A DNA stretch of 64,000 nucleotides from an uncultured Nitrososphaerota archaeon (GCA_963799845.1 CAWCYI010000004.1:768001-832000), one strand, 5' to 3'; numbered from the stretch's first letter, positions 9,982 to 20,690 are shown. Made by a program: numbers and translations. The notes: generated by a model not told the origin, from the letters alone.

Positions 9982-10549
9982 TTGCCAGATCTTACTCGCT
10001 GCAGGTGGTCTCTTGGCGATCCATTGCTAACAGAGTATCATGACAAGGAGTGGGGCACTCCTGTTCACGAAGACAACCTCCTATTCGAGTTCCTTGTGCT
10101 CGAGGGAGCTCAGGCAGGTCTTCAGCTGGCTAACTGTTTTGAAGAAGCGCGAAAATTATCGGGAGGCATTCGATGGGTTTGATCCCAAAAAGGTTGCGCG
10201 ATACGACGCAGTCAAGATAGACACGTTATTGAAAGACAATGGGATAATCAGGAACAAGTTGAAAATCAAATCGTCTGTGGAAAACGCCAAAAGATTTTTG
10301 GCAGTCGAGAAGGAGTTTGGAAGCTTCGACAATTATATCTGGAGATTCGTAAACGGAGAACCGCTGAAGAACAGTTGGAGCTCGCTCGGACAGGTCCCCG
10401 CAAAAACGGCAGAGTCCGATTCAATGAGCAAAGATCTCATTAAACGGGGTTTCAGATTCGTCGGATCGACGATTTGCTACTCGTTCATGCAGGCAACCGG
10501 ACTTGTCAACGACCACGAAACTTCTTGTTTCAGGTATTCGCAGGTTTAG
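9982..10549 (+). CDS. tag: DNA-3-methyladenine glycosylase I; one-base frameshift at ~10123, probably a sequencing error
   Basis: RC.W.....YHDKEWG...LEGAQAGL continues in the next frame as SWLTVLKKR...IIRNKLKI...FVGSTICYSFMQATG.VNDH...CF. Confidence 0.9.
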
Positions 10550-10557
10550 ACCATCGA

Positions 10558-10842
10558 TTATGTGAAACTGCTCAGCTTTCCTCGCCAGACGCCCGACGTG
10601 AGAACATATTTCGGATCCCTGCCCTGAAGCTCCTCTTCGATGAGTTCTAGTTCGTCAAGCGTCCTTCTCATGGCTTCGATATCCTTTGTCTTCTCTTTCA
10701 GATCGTTCGGCCTTACAACTTTCATCTCATCAAGAAATCGATTCAGCCAAGAAATGTCAGACTCCACCTTGCTCATCAGCTTCTTGGTTTCCCAGTGTTT
10801 TATCCTCTCCTTGTATTCCGCATCGTCCAAGGTCTTTCGCAA
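10558..10842 (-). CDS. Hypothetical coiled-coil protein
   Basis: Charged helical ORF with no competing gene. Confidence 0.55.
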   Translation of the reverse strand: MRKTLDDAEYKERIKHWETKKLMSKVESDISWLNRFLDEMKVVRPNDLKEKTKDIEAMRRTLDELELIEEELQGRDPKYVLTSGVWRGKLSSFT

Positions 10843-11088
10843 TTTGATCAGAGGAGACTAATGCGGATTGAAAAAATTAGTCGATGAAATCTGGTTACAT
10901 CGGATTGGCCGGTAGTACGTATCAAACTAAAACTGTTACGCCACGAGAGCAATGATTCGAAATCGAGAAGAATCCATGATCTATCCTTCTCTCATACCAC
11001 TTGGTAGAACAGAGCGAAAAAAGGTTGTACATGCCCGAAAAACTGTATAGTTAAACATGCCAGGACATATCCTCCTATCAGATGTGTC

Positions 11089-11448
11089 ATGGCGCAACAG
11101 CTTATCGAGTCTAGACCTTCCGATTTATTCCTGAATAATCGATTGTATGGATGGCAAAAGCAGACAAGCGTCGAGGTTTTGCCGGCTTTGCCCCTGCGAA
11201 GAAAATCTGGAAAGCGTGCAATTCGCTCACAAGACGAAATCGAGGCGGCTATTCTGGATTCTTGCCGGACTCCTATCGTTCAGCACTGGATAATGGTGAA
11301 GGCAAGACTAGGCTATGACACTTTTTGGAAGCACATGAATCTCCTAATGATCGCCGGTCTGATGGAAGAGACGAGCGATGGGAGCAAGACCCTCTACCAG
11401 ACTAACGCCAAAGGGCTGGATGTCCTCGGCCGACTTGCCCTAGAGTAG
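11089..11448 (+). CDS. Archaeal winged-HTH regulator (HTH_45-like)
   Basis: RS..EI.AAIL......IM.KARL......HM..L...GL........Y.T..KG..VL. Confidence 0.75.
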   Translation: MAQQLIESRPSDLFLNNRLYGWQKQTSVEVLPALPLRRKSGKRAIRSQDEIEAAILDSCRTPIVQHWIMVKARLGYDTFWKHMNLLMIAGLMEETSDGSKTLYQTNAKGLDVLGRLALE

Positions 11449-12106
11449 TCAAATCCGTTTTCTTTAGGTTAAGTTTCTTCCAGTATTGAAGTGTGTAGTC
11501 CCGGGACTCGAAGGCTGCCGAATACGATCGTTTCAAGAAAAAATCGCATCCTGAAGTTTCAAAAATACTTCATGACGTCTTGCTGTTTCTGTATCAACGA
11601 GGGCAGTTCGGTTTCAACATCCTTTTTTGGTTTCCTTCGGAAGAAGTGAGAGAGTAGCGTTTAGAAAAGTGTTGCAGAAATATTTCAGAAGCATGGAATA
11701 TCTCCGCCGAAACCAGGACCTTTGCTTGACCAAGTCGTTGACTACTCCGAACTTTTGATAGCATTCGGAATGAGTTTGCTCAAAGACGAAACAATCGAAT
11801 TTCAAATGCCAGCTGACGCGAGGTAAGTTTGGAGGGACATCGCGTTACTCCATGAGCCATCATACAGGTCTGCGGACATTCTCAGGGGGGGTGTCTGATG
11901 AGATGAGACGGTAATTTGAAAAATTGCAGAGTCCCTCAAGACGGAAGGGTGATGGTGAGATGGCGAGCTTTTGTCTCGACGCCTAAATGAAGTTCAATGC
12001 GTGCATCATTAAACCGGATCGTGGATTCACTTTTCGGCTTCTGTCGCTTAATGCATAATTGATTTAATTTGAAGAGGAACTTTCCTGAATCCAAGGAAAT
12101 CAAAAA

Positions 12107-13180
12107 TTGCCATCCGACACAACTTATGATGCAGATACGGTAGCAAGAATGGATGAAATGGCTGAAAGTGAAAAGATCGCAGCGATAATGCGAGCTGCAA
12201 GGCCCCAAGTCTCAGTGATTGGAGTCGGCGGCGCAGGCTGCAACATAGTCTCCTGGGTCAAGGAGAAGAAGGGCGGCATCTCCGGCGCGAAATTGATCGC
12301 GGCGAATACTGATGCGACGCACCTCAGCATAATCAAAGCGGACCGACGGATTCTGCTCGGCGAGAAGACAACTCGTGGAATGGGAGCAGGAGGGTACGCG
12401 GAGAGAGGTGCTGAAGCTGCTAGAGAATCAATCGAGCAGGTCAAGAAAGACACCGCAGGATCTAACATCATTTACGTTGCAACGGGACTTGGAGGAGGAA
12501 CCGGAACCGGAGCTTCGTGGGTTATTGCCAACGCGCTTCGACCGATGGGCGCATTGATGATTGGAGTCGTTACTCTTCCCTTTGCTGTTGAGAGATTCAG
12601 GTTCCAGAGCGCGAAGGAAGGACTACAGAAATTGAAGAGCTTCTGCGACACCGTCGTTGTCATCGACAACAACCGACTGGCGAAAGTCGCGGGCGACCTT
12701 CCACTCAAAGAAGCGCTAGGAGTTGCGAACGAGCTCGTGGGCGAGTTTGTCAAAGGAATCACCGAGACAATTACCACGGCGAGTTTGATCAACATCGACT
12801 TTGCGGACCTCAGGGCGATCATGGAGAAACGAGGAATTGCAGCTATCGGAGTCGGTGAGTCCACAGGCGATTCGAGAGTAGAGAGAGCCGTTCAGATGGC
12901 GCTTGACGCTCAGCTGCTCGATATCAAGGATGCCACGAAGGCCTTTGGTGTACTGATCCATGTCTCTGGTGGAGACGACATCACTCTAGACGAAGTTACC
13001 CAAGCAGGGGAGATGGTCACGAGATCTCTTCCGGCAAAGGCACGAGTTGTCTGGGGAGCCAGAGTTGACCCCACTTTGCAAGGAAAGGTCAGGGTCATGG
13101 TAGTCCTCACAGGTGTCGAGAGCACTTTTGCTGCGGAAAAAAGCGGCTCGATATCCCGGATGATCAGATCGAGATCCTAG
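12107..13180 (+). CDS. ftsZ: Cell division protein FtsZ (start may be ATG 12149 or 12158)
   Basis: VIGVGGAGCN, ANTD, GMGAGG, GLGGGTGTG signature, T7 loop LINIDFADL, VVWGAR.D...VMVVLTGV. Confidence 0.95.
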   Translation: MPSDTTYDADTVARMDEMAESEKIAAIMRAARPQVSVIGVGGAGCNIVSWVKEKKGGISGAKLIAANTDATHLSIIKADRRILLGEKTTRGMGAGGYAERGAEAARESIEQVKKDTAGSNIIYVATGLGGGTGTGASWVIANALRPMGALMIGVVTLPFAVERFRFQSAKEGLQKLKSFCDTVVVIDNNRLAKVAGDLPLKEALGVANELVGEFVKGITETITTASLINIDFADLRAIMEKRGIAAIGVGESTGDSRVERAVQMALDAQLLDIKDATKAFGVLIHVSGGDDITLDEVTQAGEMVTRSLPAKARVVWGARVDPTLQGKVRVMVVLTGVESTFAAEKSGSISRMIRSRS

Positions 13181-13279
13181 TAAACTGAGATCGGAGGCAC
13201 GCGCAACTCGCGTGCTTTTCGAAAACTCGGGTGGCGTCGTTGTTTCAGGGGACACCCTGCAACTGAGATTTGATTTCCA

Positions 13280-13777
13280 ATGCTGGAAGAAGAGCAGAGT
13301 CACAAATCGACAAAGCAGAAGATCGAGGCCTGGCTTGAAGCCGAAGGAATCAGTTTCGAGCCGGTTTCGGACTTTAACGCATATTTTCACATCGCCGCGA
13401 ACCTGAAGAATATGCAGGTGCACTTGAGCGGGCCGAAGGTTCGGAAGGGCGTGCTCGCGGTCCAGGCGGTGGCATCGCTGGACGAGCAGCAACTCTGGAA
13501 GGCAAACCAGATCAGCCCCGAGGACAAGCGCTCAATATTCATCTCGCCATTCTCCAAGCTCGATCGGTCGGAATACCACTTCATGCTCCAGGAAGATTTT
13601 ACATCCAAGAGCTGGCTCAGGATACAGAGAACTCTGTACATCGAAGACATCTCCAGGACGAGCGTACTCCGAGAAATGAAAGAGCTCGACGTAAAGTTCG
13701 TTGCGGTGAATTATGATCTGAACGAGGCGCTCGACATCGCGCCGAAAGCCGTGCCGGAAGAGACGATTTACAAGTAG
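13280..13777 (+). CDS. DUF2299-like protein
   Basis: KIEAWL..EG......D.NAYFH N-terminus; IQRTLYIEDISR C-terminal part. Confidence 0.55.
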   Translation: MLEEEQSHKSTKQKIEAWLEAEGISFEPVSDFNAYFHIAANLKNMQVHLSGPKVRKGVLAVQAVASLDEQQLWKANQISPEDKRSIFISPFSKLDRSEYHFMLQEDFTSKSWLRIQRTLYIEDISRTSVLREMKELDVKFVAVNYDLNEALDIAPKAVPEETIYK

Positions 13778-14402
13778 TGAATTCGGAGTTTTGAGCTCTG
13801 ATTGAGCCACAGATAGCCCCTTCAAAGTGTGCGTCATTTTCGTCGAGAATGGTTGTGACCGATATGTTATTTCCGACAGCAGAAAGAATGTGCATGGAGC
13901 CATTCAGTCCGATCTCGGCTTTGGTTAAGATCAGAAGGGATAAGCAGGAAAATAGAAAGCCGACTGTCTAATTATTTCCAGTGAATTTGCAGCGGCCGGA
14001 ATGTCCTTCATCATCAATGCATTGAACAGTTTTTCTATAAATCCTAGTAACATTTCTGCACCTAGGTTTCCCACTTTCGTTCAGGGTTGTGTACTTTATT
14101 TTGAAAATTCTAGGCTTGAACGAATTATTCTCTTCTTTCTTCATTGTCTCATTCTACAGATTGTAATCTCCAACGGGTAGGCTCGCTTAACATTCTACCT
14201 TGCTTGCCTAGGCGGAGATTTCATTTTACCGAACTAGATTCTTCTCAATCATGTATTTTAATGTGAAAAGGATCATTATTCTAACATTGGAGCGCATCGA
14301 ACTGGGTGTCTTTCCTGAGAAAAGCAGGAGATCGGTCAATAGAGGCTTTCAGGCTTTTCCGGAGTTACTCTCCTTTGTGAGCAGACTTGGCGATTTTCAA
14401 AT

Positions 14403-15005
14403 TTGATAAAAGAATGGATACACAAACTGAGATTACGCTATACTGGGCTTTTCAAAATAGGGACGTTTGGAATCAGTTCAGGATTGGGCTTCCTAGTTGC
14501 AGAGACCATCTTGACGATTGGTGTTCTGTTGATCTTCGGAAGCATCAAAGTGAAAACCGCAGTGTATTCGTCTCCCGTGCTCCTGGCACTTGACATATTC
14601 GCACTCAGCATCGGTGTTACTGTGTCTTTCTTCATCAACCAGACATCTTTCAAATGGGCCGACTTAATTGACCCGACGGGAGCTCTCTTTACGCGGTTGT
14701 TAAGATTTCAACTGGTATCGTGGGGAGGTAATGCGTTCATAATAGGTGTTCAGCTGCTACTTTTGAAGGAGTTTTCGATCTCTCCATCGGTTGGAAATGT
14801 TATAGGAGCTTTAGTGACTTTTCCCCTCGCATATCTATTCTCGATGCGGTATGTGTGGAAAAGTTCGAACGCGAGAAACGTCAAAGGGAACATTAAAGGC
14901 ACTACCTCTGGAAAAGCAATGACCTGCCAAAACTGCAGTCATCCTCTCCCTTCTAAGGTACTTCAGTTAAGAAGAAGGAGTTTCAGAGGCAACTTCTCGT
15001 TTTGA
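14403..15005 (+). CDS. GtrA family membrane protein
   Basis: FG.SSG.GF.V.E, SFFIN...F, RLLRFQLVS.GG, GN.IG....F...Y..S..YVW. Confidence 0.75.
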   Translation: MIKEWIHKLRLRYTGLFKIGTFGISSGLGFLVAETILTIGVLLIFGSIKVKTAVYSSPVLLALDIFALSIGVTVSFFINQTSFKWADLIDPTGALFTRLLRFQLVSWGGNAFIIGVQLLLLKEFSISPSVGNVIGALVTFPLAYLFSMRYVWKSSNARNVKGNIKGTTSGKAMTCQNCSHPLPSKVLQLRRRSFRGNFSF

Positions 15006-15006
15006 C

Positions 15007-15336
15007 TCAAACCTCTGGCAAGAGCTTGAGATCTTCTTTGATCGAGACGTACTGTCTCAGGAGCATGAATCCCTTTTCCGTGAGCTTGTAGAGTCTTTTT
15101 CCATCACTGTCTTGAGAAACCACTAGTCCCTGAGTTTCGAGGTCTTTGATGTACCCCTGCATCACTGTCCACGACAAGTTAGCCCTATACATTATGTGGG
15201 TTGGTTTTTCAGCACCGGCCCCGATCGCTTTGACGATGTCGCAGTATGTTTCCATCTTGGATCGTCTGTTGAGTTGCTGCTGGCGTGGTTGCTGAGTCTG
15301 AGTTGTCTGTCCTTCTACTAGAGATGTGGTTTCCAA
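15007..15336 (-). CDS. Archaeal winged-HTH regulator (HTH_45-like)
   Basis: RRSKME.Y.DI..AI..G..KPTHIMYRANLSW......I..L...GLV.......Y.LTEKG. Confidence 0.9.
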   Translation of the reverse strand: METTSLVEGQTTQTQQPRQQQLNRRSKMETYCDIVKAIGAGAEKPTHIMYRANLSWTVMQGYIKDLETQGLVVSQDSDGKRLYKLTEKGFMLLRQYVSIKEDLKLLPEV

Positions 15337-15664
15337 TTCTGAGTTCTACTCCTGTCCTTTTCGATTATATCGTCAATAGATGTTCCCGGAATATATCCTT
15401 CCAAGCACGTTTTCGATAAGATAATTCGGATAGCTTCTGGAATTCGGCAACATTTCACTAAGATTTGAAATTCTCCGAGAAATTCGAACGAGCTGATCTC
15501 TGAGAAACATTTTCCCAAAACTACTGCTGAACAAGTCCGTAATTTAAGAATGAAAGGAAAATTCTAGAAAAGTTGAAGCTCAGCTCGATGGTTGCATCTG
15601 GCGAAGTTTCAACTCGGGACAGTTTTTGGCTCAAGCGCTAGTTGCAGAGCTTTCTAGAATCGCT

Positions 15665-16360
15665 CTAACCTGAAAACGCAAGTATGGATAACCCATTGGG
15701 AGTGAACGCGAGGCTGTGATAAGTCCTGTCGTGTTCTGTACCTCTCAACTTTTTGACGACAAACCTCGTTCTCATCTCCATTGATTCCGTCACGTAACTT
15801 TCGAGCTGGAAAATCCCGTCAGCCACAAATTCTTCTACGCCGGTTTGACGCGGTGAGTTTTTTGAAAAGTGCCTGGAGGCAGTCATCAAAGTTGTTATTC
15901 CCTCGCGCTTTAGCGTCTTGTATATCAGGTGCATCATGAAGGTATAATCGAACTTTTCCCCAGTTCCACTGAGAAAAGCCGTCAAGGAATCCACCACAAG
16001 TCGTTTGCCCTTGATCTCGTCCAATGCTTCAAGAAGAACCTGTATGTTTGAACTGAGGCCCCGTCCCTCAAGGGCTTCGAGGTCCAGCAGTTTCAATTTT
16101 TTCTTTGCCTCTAGCGCAGACAGGTCAAATCCAAATTTCATCATGTTCCTTTTGAGACTGCGGATGTCCTCCTCAAACGTAGCAAAGACCGCCGGCTCAT
16201 CCATCGTCAGAGCAGCGTTGTAAACAAACTCACATGAGAAAATAGTCTTGCCAGTACCCAGCCCGCCGATCAAGAGAACAAAATCTCCACGTTGCAATCC
16301 GCCCTGAATCATGGGGTCTAGACCTGGAATCCCAGTAGGAACGCGAGCGTCTTGATTCAA
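15665..16360 (-). CDS. KaiC-like single-domain ATPase 1 (alternative ATG at 16399)
   Basis: PTGIPGLD, Walker A GGLGTGKT, FEE, Walker B LVVDS, EEFVADG, KLRG. Confidence 0.9.
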   Translation of the reverse strand: MNQDARVPTGIPGLDPMIQGGLQRGDFVLLIGGLGTGKTIFSCEFVYNAALTMDEPAVFATFEEDIRSLKRNMMKFGFDLSALEAKKKLKLLDLEALEGRGLSSNIQVLLEALDEIKGKRLVVDSLTAFLSGTGEKFDYTFMMHLIYKTLKREGITTLMTASRHFSKNSPRQTGVEEFVADGIFQLESYVTESMEMRTRFVVKKLRGTEHDRTYHSLAFTPNGLSILAFSG

Positions 16361-16609
16361 TTCTAGCGATGCATCTCCTGAGCCTACTAAAAAATACATT
16401 GTTTAGGCTGCCAGCTCAGAGTGATCAGATTATTTCAATTGAATGGGAAATTCCTCAAAAGTGTAGTGCAAGTCTGAAGCACGGCTCCTTTTTGCTTAAT
16501 ACAATTTGAGACCATTTTTTCATTTTGATGCCCATAGAGATGCGGACAATAGGGTACTGTCGGTACTCGAAATCCGCGGGCAATCTTAGGGGAGACGTGT
16601 AAATCTCCC

Positions 16610-17485
16610 ATGCAAACAACGGTCGTTACTTCCAATCCCGCTTTTAGGGAAATCGTTTACGGCGGGCATTTGCTGGCCCTAGGGACCGCTAGCATCGCAG
16701 CGTCGAGTGCGATCATTCTTGGTCGTACTCCCAGCTTAATTCTCCTCGTTATGGCTTACCTTTTTTCTTACGGAGCTTACATGCTGAATAGAGGCTCCGA
16801 AGTAGCGCAGGACAGCGTCTCCGATCCCGCGAGAACAAATTACCTTCAGGGCCGCAGCAGATACCTGATGGTGATTTCCGGTCTCTGTTTCGGGATCGGA
16901 TATCTTCTAGCCGCGACCGTTAATTTGGTTTTTCTCGGTGCACTGTTGATCCCGCTCGTTCTAGCGGTTACCTATACCATCGGTTCGAAAAAACTGGTGT
17001 CGTTAATCGGCGCAAAACGACTCAAAGAGAAACTCCTCGTGAAAAATCTCGTCATCTCCTTTGGGTGGTCGCTCATTCCAGTTCTTGTTGGACTATATTA
17101 CAGGAGCGTTCCGATATTTCTCCTTGCGTTCGCTCCTTACATTTTCTTCAGGCTGATGTCGAACACTGTCTTCTTCGACCTACGCGACGTTAGAGCAGAC
17201 AGTGAGTTTGGGGTTCGAACTATCCCCGTTGTTTATGGAACCGGGTTAGCTTACAGGTTGATGACAATATTCGATTTTGTCTCCGCTGCTTACATCCTTC
17301 TGCTAGTCACATTTCGCCTATTTCCAACATTCACCCTTGTCATGATCTTGCTCCCCGCGTACTCTTTGATCTATAGACGGATCTCTCAGAGTCCTGGCGC
17401 AAATCTTGGATTGTTGTGCGATTTAGTCGCCGATGGTGAATACCTCCTATGGGGGCCCTTATTGTTCTTTGGAAAAATTATCTAA
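16610..17485 (+). CDS. UbiA-family membrane prenyltransferase
   Basis: Multi-TM; variant first motif NRGSEVAQD...P.R; RLKE..LVKN; second motif FDLRDVRAD...GVRTIPV. Confidence 0.85.
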   Translation: MQTTVVTSNPAFREIVYGGHLLALGTASIAASSAIILGRTPSLILLVMAYLFSYGAYMLNRGSEVAQDSVSDPARTNYLQGRSRYLMVISGLCFGIGYLLAATVNLVFLGALLIPLVLAVTYTIGSKKLVSLIGAKRLKEKLLVKNLVISFGWSLIPVLVGLYYRSVPIFLLAFAPYIFFRLMSNTVFFDLRDVRADSEFGVRTIPVVYGTGLAYRLMTIFDFVSAAYILLLVTFRLFPTFTLVMILLPAYSLIYRRISQSPGANLGLLCDLVADGEYLLWGPLLFFGKII

Positions 17486-18503
17486 GCTTGATAATCGGCT
17501 TCAAGGACGCCCCGTTGACCTAGATACTATTATCCAAAAATACCGCCTTGCCATTGAGAAGGCGATAAAGGAGACCGACCTAATCCAAGGGTCTCCCCTT
17601 AGCAAGGAAGCGAAGATAGTTATGGAAGCAGGTGGAAAGAGGCTTCGACCGGTACTCGTCCTTATGGGCTGCGAAGCAGTATCGGGTCAGTTCGAGACGG
17701 CGATACCCGCGGCGATGGCTTATGAGCTGGCGCATGAAGCATCCTTGGTGCAGGATGATATTTTCGATAACTCCGATTTGAGGCACGACAGGGAAACTGT
17801 TCACAAGCGGCAGGGGCTCATTATTGCGGTCCTCGTTTCCGATCTTATGATTTTCGAGATTTTTACTCAACTCGCAAAATACGAATCTTCGGAGCTGACG
17901 AAAGCCAAGCTCGCGAAATTGATGACGTACATTTCAAGAGCGGCAAATCTCACAATAAAGGGCGAGTTTCTTGAGGCAAAATACGCGACCAAATCAAGCT
18001 TTTCTGAGGAAGAATACCTTGAAGTTGCAAAGCTGAAGACTGGTTCGCTTCTTGCGGCAACGGCGGCTTCGGGTGCCCTGGTGGGTGGCGGAAGCGAGAA
18101 TATCGTCGACTCTATGTATCAGTTTGGACTGAACCTCGGAATCGCCTTCCAGATCAGGGATGACATCCTTGATGTCAGCGGAAACCAGGCGCAGCTCGGA
18201 AAGCCGGTGCTCAAAGATCTTCAAAACAACGTCTGCAATATAGTCTTGATCAACGCGCTCGAAAGAGGGGACGCGTATCATAAGAGCCAGATCAATTCAA
18301 TGCTTTACAAGAAATGGTTCGCTATGCCTGATGTCCAGAGCCTTCAGAGTTTGCTGAATGAACTGAAAGCCGTGGAATATGCTTCGAGCCTCGCCGAGAG
18401 ATATACCTCACTGAGCAGAGAATGCTTGGCGTCATTACGAGAATCACCTGTTAAGGATAAACTTCTCGGCCTGACCTACGCACTTGAGACGAGGAAAATC
18501 TGA
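17469..18503 (+). CDS. trans-polyprenyl diphosphate synthase
   Basis: GGKRLRP, FARM DDIFD, KTGSL, SARM FQIRDDILD, GKP..KDL; TTG start overlaps the ubiA-like stop. Confidence 0.9.
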   Translation: MEKLSKLDNRLQGRPVDLDTIIQKYRLAIEKAIKETDLIQGSPLSKEAKIVMEAGGKRLRPVLVLMGCEAVSGQFETAIPAAMAYELAHEASLVQDDIFDNSDLRHDRETVHKRQGLIIAVLVSDLMIFEIFTQLAKYESSELTKAKLAKLMTYISRAANLTIKGEFLEAKYATKSSFSEEEYLEVAKLKTGSLLAATAASGALVGGGSENIVDSMYQFGLNLGIAFQIRDDILDVSGNQAQLGKPVLKDLQNNVCNIVLINALERGDAYHKSQINSMLYKKWFAMPDVQSLQSLLNELKAVEYASSLAERYTSLSRECLASLRESPVKDKLLGLTYALETRKI

Positions 18504-18566
18504 CCCAAATGATAAAGATAAATGTGATAGAAGCGTCCGGCGTGCAAGGGAGACTCTGACAAGGTC

Positions 18567-19253
18567 TTGAGCGAGAGCACACTGTTGAAAGCGGATAGAA
18601 TACCGACCGGGATAAATGGACTGGATGGGCTGATCCAGGGGGGACTGATGCGAGGAGATGTTCATCTTATTACCGGGGGCCCCGGGACGGGAAAGACGAT
18701 CCTGGCATCGCGATTTGTTTTCAATGCCGCCAAGAATCTAGGGGAACGAATAGTGTATGCGACATTTGAAGAATCTTCGGAATTTTTCAAGAAAAATCTT
18801 GCAAAGCTTGGAACCGATTTTTCCTCTCTCGAGAAGGAAGGAAAAGTCAAAATTATCGATCTTGAGATCCTCCGGGGAAAAGGTTTGGAGTCGAACATAT
18901 CATATGTAATTGAGCTCGTAGCAAAGGCCAGAGCTTCGATTCTGGTGATAGATTCGCTGACCGCGCTTTTACTTGCGTGCGAGACTCAGTTTGAGCAGAG
19001 GACTTTCATGAAAACGGTTTACAAATCGCTAAAGGCAAAAGATGTGACCACCGTGATGACCGTCAGTCTTGATGAGGACGGTACGGTCGGTTCGGAGGGC
19101 TTCATGTCGGACTCGGTGATGTTTCTAGAAAATTGGGTTGACAAGAATCAGTTCAAGACGAGATTCCTCATTCAGAAGATGAGGGGAACTGATCACAGCA
19201 GGAGATATCACAGTTTCACGCTTGGCCCAGACGTATCGGTATCCAGGTTTTAG
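18567..19253 (+). CDS. KaiC-like single-domain ATPase 2
   Basis: PTGINGLD, GGPGTGKT, FEE, LVIDS, KMRG. Confidence 0.9.
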   Translation: MSESTLLKADRIPTGINGLDGLIQGGLMRGDVHLITGGPGTGKTILASRFVFNAAKNLGERIVYATFEESSEFFKKNLAKLGTDFSSLEKEGKVKIIDLEILRGKGLESNISYVIELVAKARASILVIDSLTALLLACETQFEQRTFMKTVYKSLKAKDVTTVMTVSLDEDGTVGSEGFMSDSVMFLENWVDKNQFKTRFLIQKMRGTDHSRRYHSFTLGPDVSVSRF

Positions 19254-19262
19254 ATTGATGCG

Positions 19263-20690
19263 ATGGCTATCAATTCGGCGGCACTCGTTGTTCCAGCAAT
19301 AGACCTCGGTACACTCATTCTAACTGCTCTGTCAGGATATTACGTATCCAGGCAGAGCACTACACTTTACAAAGAAGTTAAGACGCTCCTTCTGTACGTC
19401 CATGTTTTCTTTGGTGGAGTGCTCGTCCTTGAATTCATAAGAAACTTTGTTCCGACCGTAACCCCGTATTCGCAGACAGCCATTATTTTCATGGATATCT
19501 ACACCATCCTCGGAACTAGCTTTATCCTCTGGGATGTCCTGCTGCTGATGACCGTTGGCGCGGCGGTATACATCAAACCTGAAGGTCAGGGATTAAGAGA
19601 ACTTCTGGTCGCGATTATTCGACGGAAAAATACCGGGGTCGTCTACATGATAGTTGCCGCGTTCGTTCTCGGATCCGATATCTATCTCGCATTTGTATCG
19701 CCGTTCACCATAGTAAGTGTCCAGAACATTGCGGGAATCACAGTTTTATCGACACAGTTCGATCCCAGTTATTTGATTCTTGTTCTAATTGTCCTTCTGC
19801 TTTTCCTGACTTACCCTACGACGTTGTTCATTCTCGCAAGAATGAAGACGAAAGACAAATCTGTCCGAAGAGCTCTACTTCTGTTACCAATCGTGTGGAG
19901 CGGAATCGGAGTAGACCTCGTAATTTTCAATGGTTTCTTCCTCTCGGAGGGACAAGATTACGTAGCGGTAGGATATCTCTTTGCTTCGATAGCCTTCGCG
20001 GTGACCGCAACTATTTTCAGAAGGGCGTCCTTATTATCTGGATTCTTCGGTCCTATCTCGGATTTGCAAATTAAGACATCGACACCGACGTACCCGTTTT
20101 CGAACTCGATCAAGATCGATCCTCAAACCCTGATCGGGCGAACCTTTCTATTTTTGACAGATCCTTCAACACCGTACGAAAGGGTGGTCGATGATCTCTG
20201 CATCGAGCTCCTGTCGAACAAGTGCTACGCGTTCGTATTTACCTCAAAGCGGAGTCCAATACAGACCTCACTATCAAAAGTAAAAGGAGTCAGGTATTAC
20301 ATTTTGACTTCCTCTGTATCCTACCCCCGAGGGACCGACGTACCCGACGAAATTCTGGTTCCACAGAATGATCAGGCCATACTTCTCGACATCATTCAGA
20401 AAACTATTCAGAACGATCCGGAATCGAAACTGGGAATCATTTACGACAACATTTCAGATATGATCCTGTCCTCCAGCGTTGAGAGTGCTTACAAGTTTCT
20501 GAAACAGGCAAACGAGATAATCGATCCGAAGAGAGTCATGGCGATGTTTCTCTTTACTCCTGGAGCTCACGATGACCGGACAGTAAACTTGGTGAAAGCG
20601 CTCTTCGCAAATCACATCGCGATGAACAAGGATGTTCCGCAACTAGCTGAGATAGAATGTACTTTGCAGCAACTCGGCGTTTCGAGCTGA
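19263..20690 (+). CDS. Seven-TM membrane sensor fused to a DUF835 (inactive KaiC-like) domain
   Basis: Seven hydrophobic helices, then a P-loop-less domain with IIYDNISDMIL...AYKFLK...AHD......VKALF; true stop may be 20655. Confidence 0.75.
   Translation: MAINSAALVVPAIDLGTLILTALSGYYVSRQSTTLYKEVKTLLLYVHVFFGGVLVLEFIRNFVPTVTPYSQTAIIFMDIYTILGTSFILWDVLLLMTVGAAVYIKPEGQGLRELLVAIIRRKNTGVVYMIVAAFVLGSDIYLAFVSPFTIVSVQNIAGITVLSTQFDPSYLILVLIVLLLFLTYPTTLFILARMKTKDKSVRRALLLLPIVWSGIGVDLVIFNGFFLSEGQDYVAVGYLFASIAFAVTATIFRRASLLSGFFGPISDLQIKTSTPTYPFSNSIKIDPQTLIGRTFLFLTDPSTPYERVVDDLCIELLSNKCYAFVFTSKRSPIQTSLSKVKGVRYYILTSSVSYPRGTDVPDEILVPQNDQAILLDIIQKTIQNDPESKLGIIYDNISDMILSSSVESAYKFLKQANEIIDPKRVMAMFLFTPGAHDDRTVNLVKALFANHIAMNKDVPQLAEIECTLQQLGVSS

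Noticed and set aside
9982-10549. tag and other split genes as true pseudogenes or programmed frameshifts
   Set aside because: Each has a single lesion, no slippery heptamer, and most share the AGCT context; sequencing error is more parsimonious.
11627-11826. Possible 66-aa gene (MVSFGRSERVAFRK/SVAEIFQKHGISPP...) needing one extra A at ~11668
   Set aside because: Reads plausibly but has no recognisable motif or paralog to support the join.
19263-20030. 7TM domain as a rhodopsin using a retinal-like product of the adjacent enzymes
   Set aside because: No lysine in helix 7 (YVAVGYLFASIAFAVTATIF), and no crtB/crtI/crtY/blh genes in the window.
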